46,030 bases of DNA from Halothiobacillus neapolitanus (GTDB lineage: Bacteria; Pseudomonadota; Gammaproteobacteria; Halothiobacillales; Halothiobacillaceae), in the NCBI GenBank assembly GCA_020722165.1, contig DYLI01000001.1, positions 1 to 46,030 of the forward strand. The letters are read 5' to 3'. The notes under the pieces were generated by a model. It saw nothing but the letters and a program-made list of their open reading frames with translations, had not been told where the DNA came from and searched no databases. This document shows, one piece after another, positions 22,301 to 31,886 of the stretch. The translations under genes and the position numbers were made by a program. Every line of letters begins with the position of its first letter. Within the stretch, counting starts at the first letter, position 1.

Positions 22301-22759
22301 AATGATCGGCTGCATCGCGCCCGGCGGCAGACGATCCATGTTCTGCATCAACTGATTGTAGAGCTTGACCAGGCTGTCTTCCTGATTCTGCCCAACTTTG
22401 AACTGCACCGTAACCACGCCGACATCATCTGCCGCGTAGCCAAAGGTATGATCGACTCCCGACTGGGCGCGCATAATCGCTTCCAGCGGACGCACCACCA
22501 GATCGCGCACTTCAGAAGCATTCGCCCCCGGCTTGGCAACGATAATATTCGCCGCTGGCACGACAATTTTCGGGTTGTACTCACGCGGGGTCAGCACCAG
22601 AGCCAGCATCCCGACGAGGGTGATGGCGATAATCATCAGTAAGGTGATTTTGGAATGAATAAAGGCTTGGGCAAGTTTGCCCGCGATATTCAAAGGCTGC
22701 GCGCCATACTCATGCTCAAGTTCATATTTATCGGCTGACTCGTGGGTACTGTCCTGCAT
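19373..22759 (-). CDS. RND efflux permease (AcrB/CusA superfamily)
   Basis: 1128 aa with two periplasmic loops; GLLVDAAIVVIENI, VRNSLLLID and RFRPILLT motifs. Confidence 0.93.
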   Translation of the reverse strand: MQDSTHESADKYELEHEYGAQPLNIAGKLAQAFIHSKITLLMIIAITLVGMLALVLTPREYNPKIVVPAANIIVAKPGANASEVRDLVVRPLEAIMRAQSGVDHTFGYAADDVGVVTVQFKVGQNQEDSLVKLYNQLMQNMDRLPPGAMQPIIKPINVDDVPIMTIALAASNPLAVDEQKLREVGLLLMEHLRNVPGVSLTEVVGGRSRAVTVWLDPLRMQSRGVSLEQISQMLQASNVSAPLGDLVAQDASVPLRLSGVLHSAAEVGEVIVGVSPPPKGGMQGQAIYLRDIARIEEGARETENVARFGFGAAADSPPFRGAEPAVTLVLAKQAGTNAVVVADAVLSKLAELKKLALPQGIELVVTRNDGAKANEAVNTLFEHLAIAVGSVVLILIFFLGWREAGIVTLTVPLILFVVLATGLLMGQTINRITLFALILSLGLLVDAAIVVIENIHRHMHDFKGGGKDGDFSKMLVTATNEIGNPTNVATIAVILAFIPMAFVSGMMGPFMRPIPLNVPVAMIASLVIAYMIVPWAARIWLSNKAAARALINRAALDERDHEQKDILHRAYVAVMEPLLRTRWMRWMTIFVVLVLLVAAMLMPAWQFIRPAGVGGALSPLGVELKMLPNDNTNTFLLQLDMPQGTALAETDRVVSAVGEVLAAEPQVLDYSSYTGMTAPIDFAALVRGDLVKRGTHIAQIRVNLRDKHARKPSSHELAEQIDHALEPLRAAFPQAKLKIYETPPGPPVQAQILAELYGPDYAVLRQSAAFVDQAFGETYGMINVDDSVGADVLTYRVVLDKEKAMLSGVAAGQVAQLLRDAVSGLPAGTVHALSAENQAREPIEIVLRLPQAERALPAQLLSMGVKNAQGAFIPLSTIAKLEQVADNKPYLDRDQHPMVIVGGELLRSSPVYAVLALDKALDGQALPNGARFATGNLGFVQAEPKDIVDYTLLWGGEMRLTLDVFRDLGSAFIVAIILIYLMLVAYYKSFMLPLIVMGAIPLTLVGIFPGHWVTEQAFTATSMIGVIALAGVVVRNSLLLIDFILDYRRQGYSLEQAVIEAGAVRFRPILLTALAIMLGSVIMVSDPVFGGLAVSLIFGTLASTLLTLVVIPLVYWRWQRKSALAAKI

Positions 22760-23836
22760 TTAGTTCACCACCCGGTCGCCGTTTTGTAACATGACATCAC
22801 CTTGGCCTATGGCGATGCGTTCACCCGCCACGACACCTGCCAACACCTCAACCATGCCATCCGCCCGCACCGCGCCGCTGCGCACCATGCGGTAATGCGC
22901 AACGCCTTCCTTATCCAACACAAACACACCGCGTATCCCGGCACGATCCAACAGCGCCACCTGCGGAATCAGCAGTGTCTGCCGCGTAGCCTGGGGGAAC
23001 AGTACCCGAGCAAATGCGCCACTTTTCAAACCTGGCGCGGCAATATCCAGCGTCACCGGATAGGTATGCGCTTGTGGGTCGGCGGTAGGAGTCATGCGCG
23101 ACACGCTTGCGCTCAAAGGCTGCGCCTGTCCATCCACTTCAACCTGCACCGTATCGCCCAACTTGAGGCTGCGGTAAACCGATTCGGGCACGGCGGCTCG
23201 CACCCGTAACTTGCTCGTATCCTCAAGCACCAGCACCGGATGCCCCGGCGTTGCCATATCCCCTTCATTCGCCAGCTTGGCGGTGACGATGGCATCCATC
23301 GGCGCACTGATGCGCGTGTAGCTAATCTGCCCGCGCGCCACCGTCAAACCCGCCTTGGCCTGCGCCACACGGCTCAGGCTCACGTCATAATTCATGCGCA
23401 TTTTTTCCAGCTGCTGCTTATTGACCGCCTCGTCCTGATACAGGTTTTTGAAACGTTCATAATCAAGCTTGGCATCGCGCAACGCCGTCTCAGCCTGAAT
23501 CAGATTCTGTTTGGCCAAATCCACCGCGCCCTGCGTATCTACCGGATCAACCACAAACAGCACCTGATCGCGTTTCACCGCCTGCCCTTGCACCACATTG
23601 AGCTCACGGATATGCCCCATCACCCGCGAACTGAGTTGCACGGTATCCACCGCCTCAATCACGCCCGCCACCGGAAACACCTCAGCCAAATCCGCCGCCT
23701 GCGCTATCACCACCTTGGCGCTTACCTCGCGCGCAGGCGCAGGCGCGTGACTTGATGGCGTTTCATGCGAGCAACCCGCCAAGAGTGCAGCCAAAATCGC
23801 CGCACCCATCAACTGTTTTGCAAATAACTTCATCAT
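22760..23836 (-). CDS. RND periplasmic adaptor (MFP) lipoprotein
   Basis: LLAGC lipobox, lipoyl halves (GQAVKRDQVL; ISAPMDAIV...GD) and coiled hairpin. Confidence 0.9.
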   Translation of the reverse strand: MMKLFAKQLMGAAILAALLAGCSHETPSSHAPAPAREVSAKVVIAQAADLAEVFPVAGVIEAVDTVQLSSRVMGHIRELNVVQGQAVKRDQVLFVVDPVDTQGAVDLAKQNLIQAETALRDAKLDYERFKNLYQDEAVNKQQLEKMRMNYDVSLSRVAQAKAGLTVARGQISYTRISAPMDAIVTAKLANEGDMATPGHPVLVLEDTSKLRVRAAVPESVYRSLKLGDTVQVEVDGQAQPLSASVSRMTPTADPQAHTYPVTLDIAAPGLKSGAFARVLFPQATRQTLLIPQVALLDRAGIRGVFVLDKEGVAHYRMVRSGAVRADGMVEVLAGVVAGERIAIGQGDVMLQNGDRVVN

Positions 23837-23848
23837 CACATCCTCAAA

Positions 23849-25309
23849 TCATGATGCCGACACAGCGGCCTTGCTTGGTGCAGGGCTATCGTGCGGGTCA
23901 ATGTGATCCGGCGTTAACCGCCCCAACAAACGCATCCACTCGGCGCGCTGCACCACCTGTTCATAGCGTGCCGAAATCAAATCCGCATTCGCCTTATCCT
24001 GTTGCGCCTGCGCCGTCAGCAACTCCAGCATCGTTGCCAAGCCGTTTTCATAACGCTTTTTCGTCAGGCGCACGGCTTCTTCCGCCTGTACCCGCGCACG
24101 CTCACGCGCCACCAGCCGCTCTTCAATCTCCTGCGCCTTGCGCGCCGCATCACGCACTTGCAAACGCAGGCCATCTTCCGCCTGACGCAGCTTGGCTTTT
24201 ATTTCAATCCGTGCCGCCTGCGCCCGATCAACCGATGCCGCCACAGCCCCGCCGTCAAACGCATTCCAACTCACCACTCCGGCCACGGTGTACGACGACG
24301 ACGAAAACTCAAGGCCGGGGTCATTCCAGTCCTGCCGCGCCAACAAATTCACCTGCGGCAAACCCGCCGCACGTGCGGTATCCACACCCGCACTCACCCC
24401 GGCAAGCTGATGACGCACCGCCTTGAGCTGCGGGTTATTCGCCAGCGCCTCGTTTTGTCCAGCCTCTGCGGAGCCATCGGCGGCGGGCAGGCTCACGGAC
24501 GCGCCCAATTGCAAAGGCGCGTCCAGCGGCAAGCCCAACAAAATATGCAGCTGATCGAGCGCCACCGCCTCTTGATTGCGCGCCTGTGCCAACTGCACCT
24601 GCACATCATCCAGACGCACCTGCGCCATTAATAAATCGCTTTTCAACGCCACGCCCTGCGCCAACATACTCTTTGCAATGCGCACATATTCCTGCGAGGC
24701 CACACGCGCCTGTTCGCCCACTTTCACAAAGGCACGCGCTGCGTGGATGCCCTCGTACGCCATCGCCACCTGCTTCACCAGAGCTTGACGTGCCGCTGCG
24801 TCACCATCCTGCGCCGCGCGCACCTGCGCCCGCGCTTGCTGCACATAGCTTTCAACCATTCCGCCGTTGTAGACCGGCACCAGCAATTCAATCCGCGAAT
24901 TCACATTACCCGTGCCGCCGGGATAGTTCAGATCATCCGGCTGCACATTAAGAATGTTTGGATTCATGGCATCAAACTGACCAAAGCCAAAATCGCCAAA
25001 CGTCGCCTGACGTTGACTAAGCTTCATACCAAAAACATTCAGCGCATCATTGGAATAGGTCCCGGTTATGGACAGATTCAAACGCGGCAGCCAACCTGCT
25101 TCGGCCTGACGCACAGCAGCATTGGCTTGCTCGATCTGCGCCTTGGTCATTTCCATTTCAGGATTTTGCGCCAACGCCCGCGTCACGCAAGCAGGAAAAT
25201 CCAGGCGCTGCACCGCATCCGCCTTTGCCGCACCTGCCGCCAACATGGCGAGCATCGAGCATGCCCACAACATGCGCGGCCTAAACCGCGACAAAAAATC
25301 ATGTTTCAT
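23849..25309 (-). CDS. TolC-family outer-membrane efflux protein
   Basis: ALAQNPE, LPRLNL and YENGLATMLELLTAQ repeats; start taken at MKHDF because the ORF-track extension lies in repeat A3. Confidence 0.88.
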   Translation of the reverse strand: MKHDFLSRFRPRMLWACSMLAMLAAGAAKADAVQRLDFPACVTRALAQNPEMEMTKAQIEQANAAVRQAEAGWLPRLNLSITGTYSNDALNVFGMKLSQRQATFGDFGFGQFDAMNPNILNVQPDDLNYPGGTGNVNSRIELLVPVYNGGMVESYVQQARAQVRAAQDGDAAARQALVKQVAMAYEGIHAARAFVKVGEQARVASQEYVRIAKSMLAQGVALKSDLLMAQVRLDDVQVQLAQARNQEAVALDQLHILLGLPLDAPLQLGASVSLPAADGSAEAGQNEALANNPQLKAVRHQLAGVSAGVDTARAAGLPQVNLLARQDWNDPGLEFSSSSYTVAGVVSWNAFDGGAVAASVDRAQAARIEIKAKLRQAEDGLRLQVRDAARKAQEIEERLVARERARVQAEEAVRLTKKRYENGLATMLELLTAQAQQDKANADLISARYEQVVQRAEWMRLLGRLTPDHIDPHDSPAPSKAAVSAS

Positions 25310-25358
25310 AACACTATCCAGAATTATTTTCGCGAACACAGCCAAGCAAATAAAAATT

Positions 25359-25490
25359 TTAGCCACAGAGAGCACCGAGCTTGAAATCCTTTGTCGCCAC
25401 CTTGCACTCCTATCGCCTGACTATGACTCACGTACACACGCCAGACGCACTCCTCTCACTCTCTGTGCGCTCTGTGGCCTCTGTGGCTAA
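25359..25490. repeat. CACAGAG-arm palindromic element, copy A3 (~80-bp interior)
   Basis: TTAGCCACAGAGAGCACCGAG ... CTCTGTGCGCTCTGTGGCCTCTGTGGCTAA. Confidence 0.88.
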
Positions 25491-25499
25491 ACTGCTTTC

Positions 25500-26357
25500 C
25501 TACTCAACCACCATATGGCGATGACCCACACCCGCTGCGTCGAGCTTAGCAGCTAAAGCGTCGGCATCATCCACTGAGGCCAGAGGGCCGATGCGCACCC
25601 GGAACAAGCCGTCTTCTTTTTGCACCACGTTAACAGCGGGTATATTAGATAACTCTAATTTACTGCGCAATTGCTCGGCGTTCGGGCGCAAGGTGAACGC
25701 CCCAATTTGTACATACACATTGCGCCCCCACTCGGGCATGGGGCGAGCCGCTTCGCTGAACACCACGCTCGGTGCAGGCTTGGGCTCAAGCGGCGCTGGC
25801 ACGACGCGCGGTACAGGCGGCGGAGTCAATGGCTGCGCCATCGCTAGCAAGGTATTGTCGGGCGACTCGCTCGGCCTATCGCCATCAATATGGCGCACTT
25901 CGACCATGGCCGTGCCGGTAGCAATCACGCCGAGCTTCTCTGCTGCGGCTTTGGAGAGGTCAATAATCCGATTTTCATGAAACGGCCCGCGATCATTCAC
26001 GCGCAGCACAACCTTGCGCCCATTTTGCAGGTTGGTCACTTCGACATAGCATGGAATGCGCAGGGTTTTGTGCGCGGCTGTCATGGCATTTTGATCGTAA
26101 GTCTCGCCCGCCGAGGCGCGTTTGCCATCAAAACCCGGCCCATACCACGAGGCAATGCCGGTTTCCTTGTAACCCTGATTGCTACGCAAAACCGAATAGC
26201 GCTCGCCCAAGACCTCGTAATTATTGGGGTTGCCATATTTACTATAGCCATCCGCCCCCTTGGGTGGCGGCTTGGGCGTGGACGAACAACCCACGAGCCA
26301 CGCCGCACCCATGGCCATACCGAGAACAAGCAGTGAGCGCAACAGGGCGGAATTCAT
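25500..26357 (-). CDS. rlpA: Septal lytic transglycosylase RlpA with SPOR domain
   Basis: LVGC lipobox, GIASWYG, TAAHKTL and VNDRGPF...IDLS motifs; SPOR domain VQIGAF...FRVRIGP. Confidence 0.93.
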   Translation of the reverse strand: MNSALLRSLLVLGMAMGAAWLVGCSSTPKPPPKGADGYSKYGNPNNYEVLGERYSVLRSNQGYKETGIASWYGPGFDGKRASAGETYDQNAMTAAHKTLRIPCYVEVTNLQNGRKVVLRVNDRGPFHENRIIDLSKAAAEKLGVIATGTAMVEVRHIDGDRPSESPDNTLLAMAQPLTPPPVPRVVPAPLEPKPAPSVVFSEAARPMPEWGRNVYVQIGAFTLRPNAEQLRSKLELSNIPAVNVVQKEDGLFRVRIGPLASVDDADALAAKLDAAGVGHRHMVVE

Positions 26358-27394
26358 GCTGCCTTTGCCCGCAGACGAATCGCCTGCGCCAGCTCCCACA
26401 CCGCCATGGCATAATGCTGGCTATGGTTGTAGCGCGTAATCACATAAAAATTCGGCAGTCCAACCACGTAACGCACTGCATCCTCTTCTTGAAACGCCAA
26501 CAACATGGTCGGCAGATTTTCCGCGCCTTGCGCAATCGGCACGCTCACGCCCAAAGCACGCAATTCTCCCAAGGTGGTTTTGGCTTTCAAATCTCGTCCG
26601 CGATTCAATAAAGATTCCAACTTTTCCGGCGACTCAAGCAAGCTTTCCGGCAAAGTCACCGGCACGGTCACGCTCGCGCCGCGCTGCCAGCCATGCTGCA
26701 CAAAATAATTCGCCACACTGGCCAACACATCATCCGTACTCAGCCACAGATTACGCTTGCCATCCGCATCCCCATCCACCGCCCACTGGCGGTAGCTGGA
26801 GGGCATGAACTGCGGCATCCCCATCGCCCCGGCGTACGAGCCCTTCACCGAAGCGAGGGGGATATTTTCATCGCGCGCCAAAAGGAAAAATTGCTCCAGT
26901 TCCTTGCGGAAAAATGGCGCACGCGGCGGATATTCAAAGGCTAATGTGGCTAAGGCATCAAGCACACTATATTTACCAACATTGCGCCCATAGCCGGTTT
27001 CCACGCCGACAATCGCCACCAAAACTTCCGCAGGAACGCCATATTTTTGCTCCAATCCAGCCAATTTCACCGCGTTTTCACGCATAAACGTGGCACCATC
27101 GTTAATGCGTTTTTCATTCATGAAAATCGGACGATACTGATGCCAAGGCTTGCTTTCCGCCGGGCGCTGCATGGCCTGGATAATCGAATCCTGAATCTCC
27201 GCCTGAGCGAGACCAGCCAGCACATCGGACTCATTCAACCCGTTGCGCTGACTTATTTCACGGGCAAATTCACGCACATCCGCACGCTCGCTCAATTCAT
27301 TGTCCGAAGGCGCTGCACAGGCCGTCTGCATGGGTAACAAAGCCAACATCAAGCTCAAGACCGCTGCCTGACGCAATACTATGGATGAATTCAT
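26354..27394 (-). CDS. mltB: Lytic murein transglycosylase B (SltB1/MltB)
   Basis: GVET catalytic Glu, GSYAGAMGMPQFMPSS, EF-hand DGDADG and ITRYNHS motifs. Confidence 0.92.
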   Translation of the reverse strand: MNSSIVLRQAAVLSLMLALLPMQTACAAPSDNELSERADVREFAREISQRNGLNESDVLAGLAQAEIQDSIIQAMQRPAESKPWHQYRPIFMNEKRINDGATFMRENAVKLAGLEQKYGVPAEVLVAIVGVETGYGRNVGKYSVLDALATLAFEYPPRAPFFRKELEQFFLLARDENIPLASVKGSYAGAMGMPQFMPSSYRQWAVDGDADGKRNLWLSTDDVLASVANYFVQHGWQRGASVTVPVTLPESLLESPEKLESLLNRGRDLKAKTTLGELRALGVSVPIAQGAENLPTMLLAFQEEDAVRYVVGLPNFYVITRYNHSQHYAMAVWELAQAIRLRAKAA

Positions 27395-28540
27395 TTAACG
27401 TACCGCCATAAAAGGTCGATGAGTGTGGATAGACATGAGCATACCGAAACCCGCCATCAGGGTCACCATGGCCGTACCGCCATAGCTCACCAATGGCAAC
27501 GGCACGCCAACCACAGGCAACAAACCTGTGACCATCCCCGTATTGACAAAAACATAGACAAAAAAACTTAAACTCAGACTGCCCGCCACCAAGCGACCAT
27601 ACACCGTGGGTGCCTGCACGGCGATATACAGCCCGCGCAGAATGATAAACAGATAGAGCAACAACAGCAGCACCACGCCGACCAAGCCGAACTCCTCAGA
27701 AAATACCGCGAAGATAAAATCGGTGTGCCCCTCAGGTAAAAAATCCAAGTTGGATTGAGTGCTGTTCAACCAGCCCTTGCCCGACACGCCACCGGAGCCA
27801 ATGGCAATTTTCGATTGAATAATATGATAGCCCGTGCCCAACGGGTCGGCTTCCGGATTAAACAAAGTCAAAACGCGCTGGCGTTGATAATCGTGCAAAA
27901 CGTATTGCCACAGCAGCGGAACCAAGCCAGCTAACGCCACAACAAAGCCCGCAATGTATTTCCACGACAAACCAGCTAGAAACAACACAAATAAACCTGC
28001 CGCCGCGACCAAAATCGACGTTCCCAAATCCGGCTGAAGCATAATCAGCACCACCGGCACAGCGATAATCAATAAAGCCACCAGAATATCGAGCGGACGC
28101 GGCGGCAGCGGGCGCATCGACAAATACCACGCCGCCATCATCGGCACGGCCAGCTTCAAAATTTCCGAGGGTTGAAAGCGCATAAAACCAAGATCAAGCC
28201 AGCGTTGCGCGCCCTTGCCCACATGCCCGAACAGCTCCACCGCCAACAGCAGCAGCACGCCAAAGACAAACAACCACGGCGACCAAAACTGATACACCGT
28301 CGGCGGAATGCGTGCCATCAGCAACATCAGCACCAGCCCCATGCCTATGCGCGCCCCAAGATTCATCATTTGTGCCATATTTTGATGCGAGGCGCTGTAC
28401 ACCGTCACCGCCCCCACGCCAAGCAAGAGCAATAAGGCAAACACCAGCCAAGGATCAAGCTTCAACCAACGCAGCAACACCCCCTCATCCACCCGTAGCC
28501 CGGCTATTGTGCTGCCCATTTTTTCGCGCCAGACACTCAT
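27395..28540 (-). CDS. rodA: Rod shape-determining SEDS glycosyltransferase
   Basis: [26 protein letters not shown] and SYGGT motifs. Confidence 0.96.
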   Translation of the reverse strand: MSVWREKMGSTIAGLRVDEGVLLRWLKLDPWLVFALLLLLGVGAVTVYSASHQNMAQMMNLGARIGMGLVLMLLMARIPPTVYQFWSPWLFVFGVLLLLAVELFGHVGKGAQRWLDLGFMRFQPSEILKLAVPMMAAWYLSMRPLPPRPLDILVALLIIAVPVVLIMLQPDLGTSILVAAAGLFVLFLAGLSWKYIAGFVVALAGLVPLLWQYVLHDYQRQRVLTLFNPEADPLGTGYHIIQSKIAIGSGGVSGKGWLNSTQSNLDFLPEGHTDFIFAVFSEEFGLVGVVLLLLLYLFIILRGLYIAVQAPTVYGRLVAGSLSLSFFVYVFVNTGMVTGLLPVVGVPLPLVSYGGTAMVTLMAGFGMLMSIHTHRPFMAVR

Positions 28541-30429
28541 TCCCGACCTCCCGCGCCAGCGGCATCCAGCGTCACCGCACTCTTGTCCACCGCTTCACCC
28601 AACAGCCACGCATCCATCACCTTGCGCACCATCGGCGCTGCCACACCCGAGCCGCTACTGCCATGCTCAACAAACGCCGCCACCGCAATACGCGGCGCAT
28701 CCGCCGGGGCAAAAGCGATAAATACCGCATGGTCGAGCAACTTCTTATTCAAACCCCTGGCGCTATAGGTTTCGTTCTGCTTCACGGTAAACACCTGCGC
28801 CGTGCCCGATTTACCCGCAATACGGTACGGCGCGGTCTTGCCAATGTATTTGTGCGCCGTGCCATACTGCGCCTGCACCACATGCTCCATACCTCCAAGC
28901 GCCGCGTCCCAATATCTCGACTGCGCCAGCTTGATTGGCTCAATCGGCTGCACGCTTGCATCACGCCAAAGATGTGGGCGCACTGCCTCACCGCGCTGCG
29001 CCAGAATCGCCGTCATCTGCGCCAATTGCAGCGGGGTCGAGAGCATGTACCCCTGCCCAATCCCGGCAATCACCGTCTCGCCCGGGAACCAGACTTGCTT
29101 TTTCGTTGCGAGCTTCCAGTCCTTTGACGGCACCAAACCCTTGGCCTCATTCGGTAAATCAATCCCCGTCGCCCGCCCCAAATCAAACTTCAGCGCGAAA
29201 TCATGCAGCCGATCAATCCCCATGCGATACGCCAGATCATAAAAATACACGTCGCATGACTGCGCAAGAGCATGATCCAAATCCACCCAACCATGCCCAC
29301 CTTTGCGCCAGTCACGGTAATGATGGTCATCATTTGGCAACTGATAATACGGCCCGGCAAACATGCGGTATTCCGGCGTAATCAAGCCATTTTCCATGCC
29401 TGCCAAGCTCATCATCGGCTTAATGGTTGAACCGGGCGGATAAGCAGCGCTTGAAGCCCGGTTAAACAAAGGACGATCCGGGTTATCCATCAGTGCGCGG
29501 TAATCTTTACTACGAATACCATTCACAAATAAATTCGGATCAAAGGTTGGCTTACTCACAAACGCCAGCACCTCGCCGTTACGCGGGTCAATCGCCACAA
29601 TCGCGCCCAAAAAATCACCCAGCGCCGCTTCAGCCGCCGCCTGTAAACGCACGTCGAGGCTTAGGTGCAAGTCCTCGCCGGGTGTTGCGGGCAGCTCCTC
29701 CAGCATACGCAAACTACGCCCATGTGCATCCACTTCCAGCTTGCGCGAACCGACCTTACCGCGCAGCCTGTCTTCGTAAAAGCGCTCCAACCCAGTTTTG
29801 CCGATGTGCGACGTGCCCGCATAAGCATCGTTATCAATGACTTCGGTTTCGCGCTCGTTAATCCGCCCGACATAACCCACCGCATGCGCCGTCAAGCCTG
29901 CCTGCGGGTAAATGCGCGTCAAGCGTGCCTGCACCTCCACGCCGGGCAAGCGCGGACGCTCCACCGCGAGGCGCGCAATATCTTCCTCGCTCAAATTAAA
30001 TTTAAGCGGAATACCGTCAAACGAACGCCCATTTTTCAGTGCCTTACGAAAGCGCTCAATATCATCCTCATCCAGCGCCAGGATTTCGGTCAGAAGCGCC
30101 AGCGTGGCCTCCATGTCCTTAATCTGCTCCGGCACCAGCTCCACCTGAAACGACGGCGTATTATCCGCAAGCAACACGCCGTTGCGGTCGTAAATCAAGC
30201 CACGCGAAGGCGGAATCGGTTCAGATCGGGTGCTGTTTTTTTCTGCCAACTCGGTGAAATGCTCATGCGCCGTAACCTGCAACCAAGCCACCCGCGCCAC
30301 CACCCCAGCCAGCACAAAAAAACACACCAACCCGACAAGCAAGGCGCGCCGCAGCAGGATGTCGCGTATACGCGCTTCATCCTCCACAGCCCTAGAAGCA
30401 GACTTGGCTTCTTTCCAAATCCGCCTCAT
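28537..30429 (-). CDS. mrdA: Penicillin-binding protein 2
   Basis: RGLIYDRNG, STIK (SxxK), SCD and KSGTAQ motifs; upstream of rodA. Confidence 0.96.
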   Translation of the reverse strand: MRRIWKEAKSASRAVEDEARIRDILLRRALLVGLVCFFVLAGVVARVAWLQVTAHEHFTELAEKNSTRSEPIPPSRGLIYDRNGVLLADNTPSFQVELVPEQIKDMEATLALLTEILALDEDDIERFRKALKNGRSFDGIPLKFNLSEEDIARLAVERPRLPGVEVQARLTRIYPQAGLTAHAVGYVGRINERETEVIDNDAYAGTSHIGKTGLERFYEDRLRGKVGSRKLEVDAHGRSLRMLEELPATPGEDLHLSLDVRLQAAAEAALGDFLGAIVAIDPRNGEVLAFVSKPTFDPNLFVNGIRSKDYRALMDNPDRPLFNRASSAAYPPGSTIKPMMSLAGMENGLITPEYRMFAGPYYQLPNDDHHYRDWRKGGHGWVDLDHALAQSCDVYFYDLAYRMGIDRLHDFALKFDLGRATGIDLPNEAKGLVPSKDWKLATKKQVWFPGETVIAGIGQGYMLSTPLQLAQMTAILAQRGEAVRPHLWRDASVQPIEPIKLAQSRYWDAALGGMEHVVQAQYGTAHKYIGKTAPYRIAGKSGTAQVFTVKQNETYSARGLNKKLLDHAVFIAFAPADAPRIAVAAFVEHGSSGSGVAAPMVRKVMDAWLLGEAVDKSAVTLDAAGAGGRE

Positions 30430-30468
30430 AACCAAACCTGCCGGGTGTTTAACAAGGTATTAATGCCT

Positions 30469-31008
30469 TTAGTCCGCCATGCTCGCTTGCAGACGCTCAA
30501 CCGAGGCAACAATTTCGGCACGCGCTGCCGCCGCATCCGCCCAGCCGTCCACCTTGACCCACTTGCCTTTTTCCAGCGCCTTGTACTGCTCAAAGAAATG
30601 TGAAATCTGTGCGCGCAGCAGCTCTGGCAGATCGGTCACTTCCTGCACATGGTCATACAGCGGGGTCAGCTTGCCAAATGGAACGGCTACCAGCTTGGCA
30701 TCAAAGCCCGCCTCATCGCTCATGCGCAACATGCCGACCGGACGGCAACGAATCACCGCACCGGGTTGCAGCGGGGTTGGCGTGACCACCAACACATCCA
30801 CCGGATCACCATCATCAGACAAGGTGTGTGGAATAAAACCATAATTACAGGGGTAAAACATGGCCGTAGCCATGAAACGATCCACCACCAGCGCGCCACT
30901 GTCCTTGTCGATTTCGTATTTGACCGGCGCACCCTGCGCAGGAATTTCAATCACCACATTAATGTCTTCAGGCACGTTTTTACCGGCGGGGATATTGTCG
31001 AGCAACAT
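30469..31008 (-). CDS. ppa: Family I inorganic pyrophosphatase
   Basis: [22 protein letters not shown] and HFFEQYK motifs. Confidence 0.97.
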   Translation of the reverse strand: MLLDNIPAGKNVPEDINVVIEIPAQGAPVKYEIDKDSGALVVDRFMATAMFYPCNYGFIPHTLSDDGDPVDVLVVTPTPLQPGAVIRCRPVGMLRMSDEAGFDAKLVAVPFGKLTPLYDHVQEVTDLPELLRAQISHFFEQYKALEKGKWVKVDGWADAAAARAEIVASVERLQASMAD

Positions 31009-31087
31009 TACACAAACCTCGTTAAGAAAGATGGAGCGTGTATCATAATCGTTTTGGACGGTGGCGTTTCACTACTCACTCGTCTTT

Positions 31088-31191
31088 TAGGACTTACGCA
31101 AAAGTGTTCCAGCAAGGCAAAACGCCGAAGACAGTACACCTCGTACGGAGAGGCGTTTGAACGCCGCTGGGGTGGTTTTGCGTAAGTTCTA
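31088..31191 (+). repeat. ~103-bp ERIC-like hairpin/MITE-like element, copy B2 (most intact)
   Basis: TIR TAGGACTTACGCAAAA / TTTTGCGTAAGTTCTA (15 of 16 match) with TA ends; internal stems CCAGC/GCTGG, AAACGCC/GGCGTTT and GTAC/GTAC. Confidence 0.88.
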
Positions 31192-31213
31192 TTGTTATCA
31201 CAAGGAGAAAACC

Positions 31214-31867
31214 ATGCGTATTGTTTTACTCGGCGCTCCCGGCTCTGGCAAAGGCACTCAATCGAAGTTCCTGGTTGAGCGTTACAACATCCCGCAAATT
31301 TCCACCGGCGACCTGTTGCGCGCCCAAGTCAGCCAAGGCACGCCGCTCGGTCTTGAAGCCAAACAGGCCATGGATAATGGGCAGTTGGTGAGCGATGCGA
31401 TTGTGCTCGGCATGATTCGTGACCGCCTGAGCGAAGCGGATGCGCAACATGGTTTTATTCTGGACGGCTTCCCGCGCAATATCCCGCAGGCCGAAGCCTT
31501 GGATGCCATGCTGGCCGAAATCGGCCAACCGCTGCAGGCGGCCATACTGCTGGACGTGCCGTTTGACGATTTGATGCGCCGCCTGACTGGCCGTCGTACC
31601 GCTGTGCAAAGCGGCATGATCTATAACATCTACAGCAACCCGCCGAAGAAAGAAGGCATTTGTGACGTGTCTGGCGAAGCGCTGGTGCAGCGCGCGGATG
31701 ACAATGAAGACACGGTGGCCAAGCGTCTGCGCACCTTCGAGGAACAAACCGCACCGCTGATTCAGTTTTACGACCTGGCGGGCAAACTGCATCGCATCAA
31801 TGGCCAACGCAGCATGGACGTGATTTTCCATGATGTCTGCGCCATTCTTGATCCGCTAAAAGGTTGA
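31214..31867 (+). CDS. adk: Adenylate kinase
   Basis: GAPGSGKGTQ, ISTGDLLR and LDGFPR motifs, long LID, RADD; AAGGAG RBS. Confidence 0.97.
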   Translation: MRIVLLGAPGSGKGTQSKFLVERYNIPQISTGDLLRAQVSQGTPLGLEAKQAMDNGQLVSDAIVLGMIRDRLSEADAQHGFILDGFPRNIPQAEALDAMLAEIGQPLQAAILLDVPFDDLMRRLTGRRTAVQSGMIYNIYSNPPKKEGICDVSGEALVQRADDNEDTVAKRLRTFEEQTAPLIQFYDLAGKLHRINGQRSMDVIFHDVCAILDPLKG

Positions 31868-31886
31868 GTTTTTAGCCGTATAAAAT

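Noticed and set aside
25310-25375. N-terminal extension of tolC (MLSVAKIF...) starting in repeat A3
   Set aside because: Unlike lptD, a good ATG (25309) precedes the signal peptide, so the repeat-derived GTG is not needed. The same applies to the adk extension from 31157.
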